Shown here: positions 63,132-64,000 of the stretch, piece after piece | How the letters are laid out: each line of letters starts with the position of its first letter | Position numbering within the stretch: the first letter of the stretch is position 1 | NCBI GenBank assembly: GCA_051530055.1 | Contig: CM121343.1 | Span: 3,380,389-3,444,388 of the forward strand | DNA length: 64,000 nt | Reading direction: 5' to 3' | Origin: Neoechinorhynchus agilis | Lineage: Eukaryota; Animalia; Acanthocephala | Notes under the pieces: generated by a model | What the model was told of the DNA's origin: nothing | Databases searched by the model: none | Seen by the model: the letters and a program-made list of their open reading frames with translations, nothing else | Program-made: the position numbers and the translations under genes

Positions 63132-64000
63132 ATGGTAACCGGACTACTTAGAGAAGAGCGAACACCTAAAAAAGCAGTAAAGATGGTTAATAATTTCCGT
63201 AGATTCACCAATTTAAAAGCTTGGAATATTTTTACCGGTGATGTAATAGCATTTTAACTTTAATTCTCGACGCACCAAATAATCGATTTTAGAGTCAAAG
63301 CGAAAGCAGCTCTGACAGCGATAGCAGTTACTTTTTGGAGAAGGACACCGCTGAATGTATACAACAAGCAGAAAAATTCTTCAAAAAGAATGACATAAAT
63401 CAAATCGCTTTTGACGTAAAAAAATTGGCAAAACACGGGGGAAATGAAACTTTTCCAATGGTAAAGAAACATTTCTTTTAAACAAAATCTACGATCTCCC
63501 ATTTTAACAGTTGGCGTTTAAGATATTTGAGGCAACCAATCTAATTGACGATTTCGAAATAGACGAAAACAAGTTATATTCTTGTCTTAAGGAACTGCAA
63601 GCAACCTACAAGAACAATAATTATCATTCTTTTCTTCATGGAGCGGATGTTTTGCATCAGTGCTATCTTTTAACGGTTCATTTGTCCGGTAAGTAAAAAA
63701 ATTATCTGATTGAATTCATTGTCAACGAGACCTGAAGAAGATTCCTCTGAACAACTGGACGATGAATCAACCGATGAGGAACAAAGCGTGAAGTCCAGGT
63801 TCACAAATCTAGAACTTTTATCTCTGTTCATCTCAGCGTTGATGCATGATGCCGGCCATCCTGGATGCATGAACAATTTTCTTATTAAGAAGCGCGATCC
63901 ATTGGTAAATAATCGTTAAAATTTTAATTTAAATGAAATCACGATTGCGTTGCAAAATTCTTGTTTCACAATCTTTTAGCCAAATAAAAAAGTGACTCAA
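63132..64000 (+). CDS. Second PDE copy, 5' part (truncated by window end)
   Basis: Exons near-identical to 48550-49323. Confidence 0.9.

Larger units (their letters stand above)
61981..64000 (+). repeat. Segmental duplication, copy B (lacks 3975 bp present in copy A)
   Basis: Left flank of copy A joined to its right flank through a single retroelement 3' fragment. Confidence 0.95.

Overview
Eukaryotic (metazoan-type) genomic DNA, AT-rich and gene-dense, with about 30 traceable short canonical introns (mostly 45-55 nt, GT-AG, one GC-AG). I cannot name the species. Recognisable genes: WDR61/Ski8-like WD40, RPA1, FARSB, a cadherin-like protein, a reduced polybromo (PBRM1), alpha-adaptin (AP2A), a class I cyclic-nucleotide PDE (two copies), ORC2 and UBE2K. 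They are interspersed with unknown ORFs, several tandem arrays, foldback/MITE-like elements, a decayed CRE-like RLE non-LTR retrotransposon and a segmental duplication. Main discovery: five conserved genes (WDR61, RPA1, FARSB, AP2A, PDE) are interrupted inside conserved motifs by 48-376 nt inserts. These lack GT-AG ends, are bounded by mutually unrelated terminal inverted repeats, and sit at a duplicated TA (degenerate in two cases). Removing each insert as T|A...T|A restores both the frame and the family-consensus residues. This suggests a class of hairpin-defined, MITE-derived non-canonical introns or, alternatively, IES-like DNA-level excision in an animal. All alignments were done by eye against remembered family consensus.
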